A stretch of 62,641 nucleotides of DNA, filler included, from Sphacelaria rigidula (taxonomy: Eukaryota), in NCBI GenBank assembly GCA_964200075.2. It is 7 parts of 7 records of this genome, joined end to end, with 100 filler letters (N's around TTAATTAATTAA, not from the genome) between each part and the next. Parts side by side here need not be neighbours in the genome. Positions count along the whole stretch, not along the records: positions 44,817 to 53,679 come from CAXNAA020009907.1; positions 53,780 to 62,641 come from CAXNAA020009908.1; 5 more parts are not named here. One strand, written 5' to 3'. Made by a program: the position numbers and the translations under genes. Under the pieces are notes generated by a model. That model was not told where the DNA came from and searched no databases. It saw only the letters and a list, made by a program, of their open reading frames with translations. Below, piece after piece: positions 47,612 to 61,720 of the stretch (position 1 is the first letter of the stretch; each line of letters starts with the position of its first letter).

Positions 47612-50600
47612 GTGTGCCCACCCTACTAGGGCAAAATGAGGCTGCCTCCCGTGCACTGTGTTGACAGGTGATGCTGGTCTGACAGGCGGAGCAGACAGCT
47701 GCACTGTTGTTTGCCTACGAGAAATATCACGTAAAAATTGCGCTGAACCTGCCGTCGTCGATTCAAATCATAGAACCTTTCTCCACCAGTCCCTCCTTTT
47801 CTACCCCCGATACCGTCTCTTCCCTCTCTTTTCCAATACCTCCACTGCACTTTCTCTGTCGATTGTCCGTCTCAAGCTCCTGTCTGTTGGCGTTTCGTGT
47901 GTTGCGTGTCTGTCTGGTGCCTGGTGTTCTGAAAGGTGTGCGAACCCCATGGCGTGAGTTTCAAAATGCCTGCAAAAGGGGTCGTTGGATCTTTCGATCT
48001 ACACACAACGATTTTATCTATGATTTAACAGTGGCAATCATAAGCATGGGGTCTTTTCGCAAAATTCAAACCTCTTGATGCGACCAATCTTCGGAGTATT
48101 TTGATATGTTTTTTTTTTGCGATCATTTGAGAAAAAGATCATGTCGCGGAACTTCGAATGCGCGAAGGAACTGTGCAAGTACCGTGAACACATACATTTA
48201 GGGACCCCTACTAGTCCCCACTGCGGGCACCCCAGCCGTTTGAAATATGTTAGGAGAACGGCGTTGTCATCTTCTTGTGTGTGGCTGCAGTGGACGAGAT
48301 TCATGACCCCTTCCATTTGTGAACTGATGTACTACATATACTCGAAACAAGAAGGGACCCACGCGAACCCATTTCTTTTCGTGACTGCAGGTGCAGATTC
48401 AACCACTGCCAATCCTTACTTATTTCCCTTGTATAGTTTGATACAAGAAGGACAGCCAGTCGTCATACTCGTGGCGCAAGCCGGCCTCCCCAGCCGGCAG
48501 AGAGGTTGGTCAAGCTAGCTGTGTACTTGTGCTTGCTGGTGCCAATAACGTGCCCATAACTTCGATGGATAGGCACCCGAGGTGAAGACGTGTCATACGT
48601 CATGAGGGTTGCCCGTGGTATCCTGGGTTCCTCCTGGGCAAAAATAACATTACTCCATGTTGAGGCAGCAGGTTTCCAGCCATTTATTTGTGGTGGACAC
48701 TGAACTGAAGATAGCAAACAATGAAACTTCGGGAAAAGCTGGATGATCCCCTGACCCCATAGTGGTGTACATCTGTTGAATCGACATTGGGTTCTTACTT
48801 GAAAATGAGAATGGAGCTTACAAGCTGCTTCTTCATCGAATAACATCACCGCGAATATATGAGGATCTTAAATGCAAGAGTAACATGGTTCAAGACCCGT
48901 ATAAATATCTCTATGTGGGTTTTGCAAAGCCCCGATTCAACTCAACCCTTCGGCAAGATGAATGCATACGAAGTCTCACGTAGTTTGTGCGTTGGTAGAG
49001 GTCTCATCTGCACCTCCGGTGCCGAGCTGGGTGTGCTACCGTGATCACCGTCTCTATTGACCCGCCTAATACTAATTAATCACCCGGGCCTGTCAACCCA
49101 GACCGTTATCCCGATCCAATCAACTCGTGTATTGTCATTTTCCAATCATTCTCAATCCTGGGTGTGGTCATGCACGTTTCACGTTTCCTGCATCCACGCC
49201 TAGAGTCTGTGAATTCATTTCCTATTCCAATAAGCCCATTTCCTGTCCCAATAAGTCAATTTCCTGTTTCCTGTCCCAAGCCCTGCATCTGCAAGGCTTG
49301 CCACTTCAAGCCCACGTCGCGTACCGACACGCTCCATACACCTACAGCGAGTGAGAAGCTGCCCCCTTCTGTCCTGGGTAAGATGAGTCCAAGACCGCAC
49401 TCATCACCCGCTAATACCTGTAGTCCTGTTTTACTTCACACGTTTGTACTATATCAGCCCTGCAAAGATTCGAATCTTGTATATAATAGATGAACATAAT
49501 CATGTGCTCGAGTATATCATGGCAGCCGCGACCTCCTGTTCCGAGAATCCCGTCTATAACAGTCCCGCCTATTTTTCGACAAAAAAAAGCACGAACAGGC
49601 TGCCTCACACTTTCGACCCAAAATTCACCAATCAGCAAATGTCTTTCGCGATGATACTAGCCAATTATCGCAAGCATCGTATTGTTATGGCCGCCATGTA
49701 CACCTGAGGAGGGTGACAGCCGATTTTTTGTTCAATACAATAGTAAGTAGTAGTAGTACTAGTTGTAGGAGTTGTTGTTGTAGTCGTAGTAGTGGTGGTT
49801 GCGCGAGGGGGGGAAAAAGGCGAGAGAAAGGTACCCCAATCAATCAGCGGCGGCGTTGAAATTGCGTTCTGAATCCGAACATGCGAATACCCAACGTAAG
49901 TTTACCTAATCTACACATACCTGATACGTGGTTTACATTGTAGTAACCGCCATTAGCTCGGGAGTCCAACGGAAAAAAACACATTTGAAAACGGTTTCAT
50001 AGATCGAATTAGACCCAAGACCGTGGTATTTTTCTTCGGGGATGTGGGGTTTCGGCGCCGTCGTATTTCCACTGATGTGATATGCACTGAAGACCGTGAA
50101 GGGTCCCGACGGTTTCCCGTTCATGTGTCGTAGGAAAGCTCCGCCCGCGCTCAAACTTGGCACAGTTCGTTACGTGTTCGTTAGGTGTTAATGCTCCAAA
50201 AAATAGAAAAAATTAATTTATCGTTGACAATTTAAAAAAGTTATCCGCCCTGCACCGCGGCTTCCGGGGGGGTCCCCGCGTGAAGAGTCCCGGAAGCCAG
50301 TACGTAAATTGCCTGACAACAATTAATAAATAGGTATGAATGACTACCTGAAGATATTCAAACAGTACAGGGCTCACAGTCTCAAGCGCCGCCCAGTGTG
50401 CACGCAGCGTGCGCAGTGCGCATTTTGGCTGGAATCGGCGTCTCCTGGAGCCTGCCTTGTCGAGACGAAAAAAAGAGGCGAAGAGCAAAACAAGCGTCAA
50501 AAAGCAGCATGTCTATCGATCATCGCAACCAGGGTGTTGGAGCTATGGTTGCGGCGACCGATAGACATGATGTTGTCCAACGCTTGCTATCTATGCTCTT

Positions 50601-51821
50601 CGCTTCTTGTATGTCTCGATATGATGGGCCCCGCGGCTCCGATTTGAACCAAAACAAAGCACACATTGTCGAGGCGAAAGTAAGTATGCACTCACCTTGC
50701 CCGAGGGTTCCCGGTCTGCGTTGGGTTGAGGTTAGCCCTTAGACCGCGAGGAGGGTAGGTCATCTGGTCATGCAGATATCTTTCACTTGAAACTGAGGCT
50801 GATTCAACAGATAGATGACATAATATGCTCGCGGTCAGAGGGTTGAGAACAGGTATAGTGCAATCAATGGTGTGACGAAAGCAAAGTAGTGCGGTGTGTG
50901 TCAACCATCGCTCAAGTGGGGAAACGACCGATAACGGGATTGAAGCAGCCTAGCATGGTTGCGCGGGCGGAGCTGTGGGCCATTTTTTCAACCACGAACG
51001 CATGTACATATCCACAACCCCAAACCCGATTGAGGACACCCTCCCTTTCAAACTTTCAACACCACGAGCTCCCCCTTGGGTAGCAGGGGTTTACGCGAAG
51101 GGGAAATGGTTACTGGTGCAAATCCACGCGAGTTGCTGGTGTGCGGGTATCAACTTGTGTCCGTCCTGCTCAGGGTGATATCGTGGGGGCGATAGGGGGG
51201 GGAGGGGGGGGAGGGGAATCTTCAAAACCTCAGGGATGAATACCCATCACAACATCGCAACCAACCCAATCACACTGTATTATTGTACGCGCCGCTCACC
51301 ACGCACATTCCCACCACGCCGTTTTTTGGCTCAGCAACAACTGCTGCTTGCTGACCATGTATATGTACTGCAGGTGTTTCATTACCAAAACCTGTGTATG
51401 CGTATATAGTACTGGTCTTAGCGCGATTCGCTTCCATCCATCGAGATGAGACGTTGATTACTCCATTCAGCCGGGGCCTTTTGTGTCCGGGAGTATCCGT
51501 GACGGGCGGCGCATGCGCAGCAGCGACCCTTTCCGTGAAGGCGTTTCCCCTCCAAAAAAAACAGCTACTACTCGTGCTGTATCGCATTCCCTATTACGAA
51601 CCACGGGGAAAACATGAAAAACAGAGCGCGGCCTACTGTACAACTTCTAGGACATGGACACCTAAATTAATACGCTCTGCTGCACTGAAACATCGACAAA
51701 AGCAGCTCGCTGTTGTTCCGGACACAGTGCGACGAGAAAAGCCCAGTTAAACGACACCCAGCTACATACATTATACATGAGCTGGCTGATTCACGCCAAC
51801 CCCCCAGAAAAACGTCATCAA

Positions 51822-52310
51822 ACTCGTCACCGCTAGGATAGTCGATCTGTTGGATTTGCATCATTTTACCTTACACACGCGGCCACCTGGCTACACCCCC
51901 AAATGCTTCCGGAGGGATGCGCGGCCCTCCAGGGGGGGAACAAGCCTCCGGAGGCCTTCAATCCCTCTGGAGGAAACCAAACTCTACCGACCCGGAGGCC
52001 TTCAATCCCTCTGGAGGAAACCAAACTCTACCGACCCGGAGGACCGTGCACCCCTCCGTAGGAATATGGGGGTATGCGCGGCCCTCCAGAGGCACATACA
52101 AGCATCTGGGGGCGTTTCATCCCTCTGGAGGAAACCAAAAAATCTCTTCTGGAGGGCCGCACACCCCTCCGGAGGCGTTTGATTCCTCTAGAGGCCCGAA
52201 AAGTTTACCCACCTGGAGGATTGTTGGAGGTAGCCAAATGGCCGCGTGTGATACTTTTCAAGTGCCAATGATGTCACGTCAACAGATCGCGTACCCTGCC
52301 GGTGAAAGGG
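51822..52310. mobile_element. Degenerate piggyBac-like MITE with internal tandem repeats
   Basis: About 90-bp imperfect inverted ends; right end AAAGGG|TTGA, left flank TCAA. Interior has repeated ccctctggaggaaaccaaa units. Confidence 0.55.
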
Positions 52311-52523
52311 TTGAGGCGCCACCCTCTTGGAGTGTTGAGGATTTTTTGTTTAACCCCTCCCTCTGGAGACATGTGACTCGAACCCTGGTTTGTTTCACGA
52401 CTTCCGTGCCCAACATTTACCATGTAAGGAGATGGATGATATTGGCCACAGAGAAGATGTGTCAGCGGACAAGTCTCCACCCGGTGTTTTCCCTAGCGAC
52501 AGCTATGCCGTCTCCAGTAAGTA

Positions 52524-53381
52524 TGAGCTGGGCCAGCCTAGAGGCGGATTTGAGGTTTGCAAGCCCATGCTCCCGCGAGATTTAGAGTTGGACCCTGAAA
52601 TTTGGTATGGACAATGAATAGGACGTGAAAAACAAAATTACAGGAGCACCAGAGGTTATTCTTTTTTTCATGAGTTGAACGCATTTTACTGATACCTGAA
52701 AAGTGATTATTGCCCAAAACTCGCGGGAGAAAAAAAAACTCTGGTGCTCCTGTAATTTGTTTTTTCGTACCCCATTCATTGTCCAAACCAAATTTCAGGG
52801 TCCAACTCTAAATACTTGCGGGAGCATGGGCCTTTCAAAAACTGGGCAGGTAGAAATTCGGAATAGTGTTTCGCAGGCCACTTACCGGCCCATGTTTGGT
52901 TTTCATGTATTGAAAATTTGTGTGAGCGCTCTTGAAGGCACAATTAACAAGTGAAGGTGGGTCAGGTTTTTTTTTTTTCAATTTTTGTCACTGGTTTAGG
53001 GCGTTCTACCATGGCGAAGATCATTTATTCACTAGAACGCCCGAACCTCTATGAAAAAAGTAACAATAACGAAGGCCCATTTTTTTCTATATTCGGCACT
53101 CTTTTGTGGTTCTCTGCACCAATTTTCGTCGCCATCCGCTAAATGCATCGATCAGGAGTTTCATAGAGATTTTAGTATTGGCGCTATCTCCCTTAGGTAT
53201 AGGAATTACTTGACATGGGTTTTAATCAATGAGAAAGTATGGGCCCAAAATTTTGAGCAAATGGACACCTTCCCCCCTTGATTAAACGATTAATACGATA
53301 TGCGGATCACGGCCCAACTCGCCGGTGTCGATCAGATATAGCATTTAGAGCTTAAATCCGTTTTTAGGCCGGCCCAGCTCC
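52524..53381 (-). mobile_element. Family B element, shorter variant
   Basis: TA|TGAGCTGGGCCAGCCT ... AGGCCGGCCCAGCTCC|TA. Hairpin at about 52563-52832. Lacks about 370 bp present in 41796-43026. Confidence 0.85.
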
Positions 53382-53616
53382 TAGCACAATGATTGTTACG
53401 ATTTCGACTGAATGGTGTTCGCACCCCGCTGCGTTTTGAACGGGTTTTACGACATATGTATGTCGGTGCCAACAGGCTGGATTTCATATCAGTAACTATC
53501 TATGGAATGATCGAGGTACGGGGTGTTGGGTACACGTACGGCGGAAGGCAGGTGAAACGCTTGTTCGAAAAGTGTGCAAAACTGCTAAAAAAACACCTCG
53601 TTGACTGATCTACACA

Positions 53617-53679
53617 TTATTATTATTATTATTATTATATCCATCACATTAGCTCGATCTCTCGAACCCGTGGTCACAG
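53617..53679 (-). mobile_element. 3' end of (AAT)n-tailed retroposon at contig end
   Basis: cacattagctcgatctctcgaacccgtggtcacag next to (tta)n. Confidence 0.75.
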
Positions 53680-56149
53680 NNNNNNNNNNNNNNNNNNNNN
53701 NNNNNNNNNNNNNNNNNNNNNNNTTAATTAATTAANNNNNNNNNNNNNNNNNNNNNNNNNNNNNNNNNNNNNNNNNNNNTTTCATTTATTTTGTTCAAAA
53801 GGCTCGGGATTCGCAACCGGTTGCGATCATGTGCCCCTAGCCCAGACGTTTCTGCACGGCAGCGAAAGCATGATCATGAGCAGTCTAACAGAAAAACCGC
53901 CGTAATTCGTTGTGCAGCATGTTTTGAGCAACCCCTGCGTCTAAGCGCTACGGAACACGTAACAAAGCATGCTGAAAACATGCTGAAAACATGCTTCTTT
54001 GGAATAGTCATCGAATTTTAGAGCGCTTTTTGTTGAGTATCTGAGAGAGGCTTCATACCGTTGCGCCGGCGACGACCGCCGTCAGCGAAACGATCCAATG
54101 CGGGAACAGATGCCAGCGATCTTTGAGACGCAGCACCATTCAGCAGTCTGCTGAGATATACCATCACCAGCATCACTACAGTACAGTCGAAAAATGGATG
54201 CGCCACAATAAAGCTGCAGACACACACAACGGGGGTAAGAGTTAGTCCCACGCTTGGGGTTGTTTCGCCAGTAGTGCCCATGCGAGGCCCTTCATCCAGT
54301 CTGAACCAGCTATCACGGCTTGTATGGCCACCTCCGCTGTGGTTGTATTGAGAACCGGTTTCGCGGTGAGACTGTCGAGTAATACTGTTACGGATCGCGG
54401 CGTGGCGTGGTGGATAAGGGTAGTACGATGATGGGCCGTCCATTCAAAACGACTTACGCGCCAGGAGGGCTGATTGCGGGAACTGGCTAGTACCGCAGTC
54501 AGGGGTGAGGCGCTATGTAAATCCGTCGAGAGACGGAATACATAAACACGCCTCTTTACATCTGGTTGGATCCGGTTCTTTCCGAGGACCGACCCAATCG
54601 GGTGCACCCTGGTGTCCACTCCATTTTCGGAAGTGCGAAGTCTCGACACCACCAATGAGAGAAAGAGAAAAGAAATCGGCCTTAATCTGTGACCAAGCAT
54701 ATCGTGACGTTCGTCCTGTGTCATTCTACGTTGGATTTACCCACATGCTGTGAGCTTACGATTGTTTCAAGTGTAACGGTGAGACAATAAGATGTTTGAT
54801 TCCAGCAGCGAGTAGATGCTAGAAGGTTGACATGATAGTAAAATCGAACTGTGCCAAATGGAATGGTGAAATGTGTAACCATATATAATAGTAAAAGTAA
54901 GTCATATTCGCATGAGCTAGCGAAACCTCGTTACCTGCATGACCGAAATCCTGTTGTTGTTTCGCTCTAGTACTCGACTTGTACAGTAGAGACATGCATG
55001 TGGACGACCACTATGGCCAACACTATTCCGTTTGTATCATGGCGCTTCAGCAAGCGGGACTATTGTCTCGGCTGTTGTCATCTGCGACGTGTTGACCACT
55101 CCTCTTGCGATTTCCGAAATGCTCTGTTTCAACGAAGCATCAGCCACCATAATGCTTCGGTCCCCATAAATGAAAAATCTTTGTTCACCTCAAACGATAA
55201 CCCCGCATGTAATGACGAATAAACAAACTGTGCCTTATTTGACTATTTGACAGTATAACGCGTATTTGAAGTACAATTCCCCGCTCTGAAACATGTTTGA
55301 CATCGTCTCCCAACGCGTCTGACGAATACTCGTGGACACATAAAAGATTTTTGTGCGCATGTGACCCATATCTTTCGGTTGACGACGTCCCCCATCAGTT
55401 TGAAATGATGTTTCCACACGAAGGCAAGACACCCGTTCTGCTCTACTACGCTACAGTGGTGAATAGTAGCTATGGCTGTGATGCGAGTTAGCTCATCATG
55501 CAATGCCTGCAGACCGTGCCTTGAAAGGGAACCTCAACCTAGTCTGCTGACCTGACGGACATCGCATGTTATGTACACCCAATATATACTGTATACATTT
55601 CAGGGTACAATGCGATTATTTGAATCCTATTTCGCCGCCCCTCGGGAAATAACCTTGAGGCAAGTTTGAAATCATGCGTTTTTGAGATTTGAAGATGGTG
55701 ATGAATCAACAGCCAACCTCGCTCTTTGTCATAACAATCTATAACCTGTGGAGGGAAAGGAAATGATGGATCAGGCTGATAACATCGCGCTACCTGCTTG
55801 GATTGATTTCACGGCTTACTGGATACCGTGTGTATAAGGCTTGCTGCATGCTGCATCTGGGTGAGAGCCAATAATGTGATGAACCGTAAATGCTGTCAAA
55901 CGCTGGACTGTTTGTTCATGTAGCCCGATATAACAATTAACTCATTTATCTTTTTCGCCGTTGAAGAGCATTGGACGCAGGTGCACTTTTTGTCATTTTT
56001 TCACTTGATTTTAGAGTACATTTTTTCGCGCCCATTTCATTCTCCCTGGACTGAAGCTTTGAGAAGCCAGTATTGGCTCTCACTTGATTTTAGAGTACAG
56101 CGGAGTACAGCGAAGTACAGCGAAACGGGGCCGTCGTTCTGTCAACCTC

Positions 56150-56990
56150 TGACACGTTTTCTGCTTCGATTTCGGTAGACATTTCGCTTGAGGTCGATTC
56201 GGGAGCATCGCTTTCATCGCTTTCTCGGCAGTGTTCTGCATGGTGTTTTCATCCATTTTGTTCCGCCGTTTTTTCCTTGCCGTGGAGGTAGACCCTTCGT
56301 TCGTCGACCCTTCGTCCACGTCACACGGCACACAGGCCTTCCAATCGCTCCGCCGTTCTTGGTCAGAATACCAGAACGTTCACATCAGCTCTGAGAACCG
56401 AGCATTTCCCCGTACAATAGTGAGTCGCGAAGTTTCCCGTGTGTACAGACCAGAACACAGAACAGAACGTCTCTGCTATCATGAGTCGAGGACTTTCCCA
56501 GCGTCTCTGCCCGGTCAAGCAATACCTGACTTCACAGTATCACAGTATCACAGTATCAGTACACGTTTTCCGCTTCCATTCCGCCAGACATTTCGCTTCA
56601 GGAGGTTTCAGGAGCATCGCTTTCCCGGCAGTGTTTTGCATAGTATTTTCATCCATTTCATATTCATAACCGTTCCGTCGTTTTTTCCACCGCACACAGG
56701 CCTCCCAATCGCTCCGCTTTTTTTGGTCGGAATCCCAGAACGTTCCCAGGAGCTCTGAGAACCGAGCATTTCCCCTTACTTGATTATACACAGGGCAGAA
56801 CGTCTCTGCTATCATGAGTCGTGGACTTTCCCAGCGTCTCTCGTGGACTTTCCCAGCGTCTCTGCCCGGTTCTCTCAACCTCTTACAAGCATTACCTGAT
56901 TTCACAGTATCACAGTATTTCCGCTTCCATTCCGCTAGACATTTCGCTTCAGAAGATTTCTTTTGCATAGTATTTTCATCCATTTCATAT
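56150..56990. repeat. Diverged tandem duplication, unit about 350-410 bp, two full copies plus a partial third
   Basis: agacatttcgctt and ttttcatccattt each recur three times; agctctgagaaccgagcatttcccc twice. Confidence 0.85.
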
Positions 56991-57121
56991 GCACACAGCG
57001 CAATATACTGCAATTGAAGCTGTGATCTGTTCCGTCGGCTAATGCGAGCAATGATGACCGGTCCTCATGTACCTTGGCTATCGATCTCATCGAGCGTTGC
57101 GGCGGAAGCGGCCAAACCCCT

Positions 57122-57161
<40 letters not shown>

Positions 57162-59208
57162 ACGGAGCACACTCGGAGCAAAAACAAGTATACACCCCGC
57201 AAAGCCCACCAGACTTTTGGGATCTTGCCAATGTTCATTGATCAATTTCATGCAACAAAGTTAACAGACACATATTTTTGAAAAAATGCCCTCCGGCGTC
57301 TGAGATCATCGGGACAGAGCGGGCAGGGAGCAAAAGCAGATACAGTATATATACGAACATCGCAAAGCCCACCAGACTTTTCGGTTTTTGTCAGCGTGTA
57401 TTCCTCATTTTCTTGTGACGAAACTACCAGGAAATATCAAACGAGTGTGTTTTGATCAATTTCTTGCGACAGAGTTGACAAAAAAAATCGAAAACATCAT
57501 GACAATTTTTGAAATAATGCCTTCCGGAGGGGGGTGAGGGGGGGGGACTACGTGTCCGAAATTTTCTCCGCGCTGCCTCCTGACCCCACCTGTAAATAGG
57601 TCGCGTCCTTCGCGAAAGGAGGCCCGCAGACAAAAAGCAAGGCATGCCTAATCGGCCAGGGCCTACATTCACCCCCATAACTGTCTATACCGTACTGGAC
57701 TGTCCAACGTGTCCAAGCCTAGGGCACCCTCAGCACAGTAGTGTCTACCACTTGGTCGATTGGAACCGTCCCGGAATTTTAGTAATTGATTTGAGTCGAA
57801 GACCGATATTCGGATCTTTTCAGCTGGGCTGACAGCCCCCCTCAATTACTGCAACTGCTCGTCGGGTGCGCAAAATGCGTTTTCGTCGAAATCGGCGCAG
57901 TTTGAGGTCTGCTGACGTAACATACCTCCCTTAGCAACCCTTCTGCCTGAGGGTGCTCGATTTGCCTCAGGGGGAAATGTCTCATATCCAGTCAATGCCT
58001 GACAACCACGAGGGAAAGGCCCACATACTTGACTTCAGACGCGGACTCACCAGCTCACGCTTGCGTGGATGGGAGAACCTACTGGAGATGACGAGATCCA
58101 AGGTCCTTACGCTTTTGTAGGTTCGGTTCAGAACTAGAGTTCCAAAAGTTCTGTGAGCGTTCTCAGGCGGGCGCGCTCACGGCTGCACGACCAAGTTGAA
58201 CTCCTGGTTTATGCGCTCTGAACGCCTTGCACACAATCGCGGGGTTCTATTCTCACGCCTCACCTTGTGTGCTCTGTCTGTGAGATTGCCGTTAGTGTGC
58301 TGAAATAGCAATAGTATCGTCTAGTTTGTAGGGCACAGTGCCGTACTGACTGTGCACTGAGCTGTTGTTGAGCTTTTGGTCCTCAAAGCGCGACTTGCGT
58401 GAAGCATGGGGAACAAGGAATCAACGCACGCATCATCCTTCTCTAGGGGTCAAGGTGCTACGTCCGACATTCGTGATGCGCTGGCGGGTGTTCCTGGTGT
58501 GCATCCAAAAAACAAGACAGGAAGGTGAAAACACGGCATTCAACTATTGTGAGATGTGACCCAGCTTCAAAGAGGTGCCCCCAGGTTACTACTTGTACAG
58601 TCATCGGATTACCGCTACAACGGTGTATCTACGTGTACTGTCCGTACTGCTCCTTTGTATCGTGCTACAGAGTATAGTGCTAGTATTACAAGTAGCAGGA
58701 GAGATACAAGCCATCATTACATCGTTCCCCGCACTTGACAGCGTTGTAAGGAATATACGCTGAATATCACCCCCGGCTGATGGAGTTCGGCTGTTTTTGG
58801 CAATATGTCGGCAACTTCACGGCGTAATTTCTTTTCGATTATATGAAGGCGGTGTTTTGAAAGATTAGACGTCGATACCAGGCGCACCTCGTGTGTAATG
58901 AGGCCGAAACTTGGGCTGTGTGTTCTCTGGTACGAAAGCAACGTGTCACAGACAGTAACAGGTTCAACCGCGCAAGCAGCTGAGGGCACCTCGTAGAATT
59001 ACAACGGTGGATACCACCGACGCTGCAATCTTTAATTTATTCAACACCGTCTGTCTAATGACAAAATGGGGGGTACGACATCAATCAGGCACGCAGGCAG
59101 CACCGAATCCTGGCAACCTCATCATGATTCGCCCGTTTATGGATGAAGGGTCAACCAAACATGGGTAAGGAGCATCGTTCAGGCCCCCTTATATTTATCA
59201 GAGATATA

Positions 59209-59335
59209 CACGAGAGTCCCGCCCGGAGGAGTCCCGCCCGGAAGTTTCCCGACATAGCCGATTAGAAAGCACGAGAGTCCCGCCCGGAGGAGTCCCGCCC
59301 GGAAGTTTCCCAGACATAGCCGATGAGAAAGCACC
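59209..59335. repeat. About 61-bp tandem duplication with internal gagtcccgcccgga repeats
   Basis: Directly visible. Confidence 0.85.
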
Positions 59336-59389
59336 GGCCCGGAGGCGTCCCGCCACGTTACACATGTGACACATTTATTTTTAATCGGG

Positions 59390-59722
59390 AAAAACGTAAC
59401 TTTGGGCCACTTAACGCTACGTAAGGTTTGATATTTTGGACGAGACAAATGTAACGTAACGTGATGTAGCGTGTGGACCTTGAAGCAGGGTCTCTCGGGA
59501 TTTCCCAGAGGTGAAAAAAGGCTGATTTTTTTTTTTTTAACGTGACACGTGACACGTTACAAATTCACGAAAAAACGCAGAGTTTTCGTCACATTTGGAA
59601 AGTAGAACGCTATGGTGGGGTTCATGCGAAGGATCACACGTTACATCACATTACTTTCCATTTGTCCCGTCCAAAAAGTCAAACCTGGCGTAGCGTTGAT
59701 TGGCCCAAAGTAACGCTTTTTC
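59390..59722. mobile_element. Inverted-repeat (MITE-like) element
   Basis: 59390-59490 is an imperfect reverse complement of 59625-59722. Confidence 0.65.
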
Positions 59723-60489
59723 GGATGCGTCACGTAAAAACGTCACGTGTATCGTGTATACCCATGATATTTATGAGGGTTTGAGGCTGGACGTTCCCGC
59801 TCCAATTCCCTAGAGAGGTGTAGGTTAGATCAACTTCAATGGCAACGAATCTCGATTTGAGACCCCGATTTTGAAGAAATGGGGGGAACTCAAATTCGCG
59901 AACTCAAAATCGGGGGGACCGTTTTATGGTACAGACAGTACAGTATCACAGATTTGTGAAGCGGTTCTGTCCGCAGACGGTCATTTCCTGCATGAGTGAG
60001 GTACTGTGTATTCGTGCATGAAGCCAACGAGCCGGCAGGCAGCAAACTATCCTTCGAGTACAGTGTTGTACCTTGGTACTCTAGGGTACTACAGCGCAGG
60101 ACACTCTATCAGTACAACAGTACATGATAAAGCCGTGTGGTACTACATGATAGCACAGTTGGTATTGCGGGAACAGAGCAGAGTTCAGTAGTGCAGTGGC
60201 GTACATCACCCCTCAAGTACAGCGGCAACAGCTAGGAGAGTACACTAGCGTCCGTTATAGTGATACATATGACAGCGCAGCGCAGCATAAAATATTACTA
60301 TCGCCGCAGGGTACGGCGTCAGCACTTATTATCCGCTCGTCAAACCCCGTGGAAAGTTGCTTCAGCAGCTGGCGCGGGCAGTAAGCACACCCCGCGCTGT
60401 CACGAGACTGTCTTCTGCTGCCGTTGCAAAAATGTCAAACGCCTCGTACCCCACCATTGTACGTCAATGCACATACTTCACCTAAAAAA

Positions 60490-60577
60490 AATCGGGGGGA
60501 GTCACGATCTCGGAACGATTTGCCCCGATTTTTTCGAAAATCGGGGGAAACCGTTCCGAGATCGCGACTCCCCGATT
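60490..60577. repeat. Near-perfect palindrome with TTCG centre, within an AAAATCGGGGG-rich repeat
   Basis: gagtcacgatctcggaacg...ccccgatttt-ttcg-aaaatcgggg...cgttccgagatcgcgactc. Confidence 0.8.
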
Positions 60578-61253
60578 GTCTCGCTCCCGATTTGGTCCAA
60601 ATCGATTTCCATACATTGCGTTCCCCCGAATTTTTTTCCCCCGATGCTCGGAAAAATCGAGATTAATGACTGCCATACAAGTTGGTCTTGAGCGCCTGTC
60701 GCTCGCACAGTGCGCTTTGACACGACCCTTGCCGGCGCACCTGGCTAGAGGGTAACTTCCCCCGACAGACAGTACCACAACCTACTCTCAAGGACGGCTG
60801 ATAGACTGGCAGCCCCGGGGCTGGGTAATATGATATTATTTTCTATGTACCAACTCAGAGCACAGTGGGTAACAATCTGTGCGTAAATTTTTCGGTGATT
60901 GAACCACTACTTAAGCGAGGTCTTGCTGGGTATTTGACCATCTCAGCACGTAACGCTATATGTGCAAGAGTACAAGTCTGCGTGTATGCCAAATAGTCAG
61001 TCGTTTTTCATGAACATACAGTTATTCACTTTGTAGCTTCGCCGATTGAACAATCATTCAAACGAAGGAGGCGGCCTCGCAACAGCTCTGCGTGCGCCAC
61101 TAAGGGCGAACGCACACTTGACGGAGGTCCTACGCTCATCTGCGTGCAATTCACGGGGAAGCCGTGGTGCTAAAAACGTACTGTGACAAATGACCCCGAC
61201 ACAGCCAATGTTGCCATGGGTGTAGCGAAGTCTTCACACACGATACGCAGTCA

Positions 61254-61720
61254 GGCCAACTCTAATGGAAGCCGTTCAAAAATCTTGTCAAAAACTGCCT
61301 TTTGGGCCATTCCCCGTCCTTTTACCCCCGAAAAGAGATGTTGGCGGATATTGACGCCTTGGGAATGATTTTTTCTACTCGTTGAGGCCATTCCAGGGTA
61401 ACTTGGCGTTTCCCGCTGGCCGCAGTTTTTTTTCGCCAAACTTGCATTTTCAGTAATAACTGTGAGGTGATCAAAGTTCTCGCAGAACTTCCCCTTCTTT
61501 TTTATCACGTGACTGGTTGTTATTGAAAACGCCAGCTTGGCCAAAAATAAAACTGCGCCCAGCGGAAAACGCAGTTTTGCCCTGGAACGGTCTCAACGAG
61601 TAGAGTAAGTCATCGCAAGGCGTCATCATCCGCCTAGCTCTCTTTTCTAGCGTAAAATGACGGAGGACCCAAAAGGCAGTTTTCGACTAGATTGTTGAAC
61701 GGCTCCCTGTAGAGCAGGTC
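61254..61720. mobile_element. Fold-back MITE family A, copy 3
   Basis: TCA|GGCC...GGTC|TCA perfect 3-bp TSD; arms homologous to 36777-37255. Confidence 0.85.

Noticed and set aside
51940-52160. Short repeats with intervening sequence resembling a CRISPR array
   Set aside because: Units are tandem duplicates without unique spacers, inside a MITE-like element; no cas genes and a eukaryotic context.
58717-58989. Weak resemblance to a Penelope GIY-YIG region (QPGVIFSVY)
   Set aside because: Too degenerate; the YIG motif and RT were not seen.
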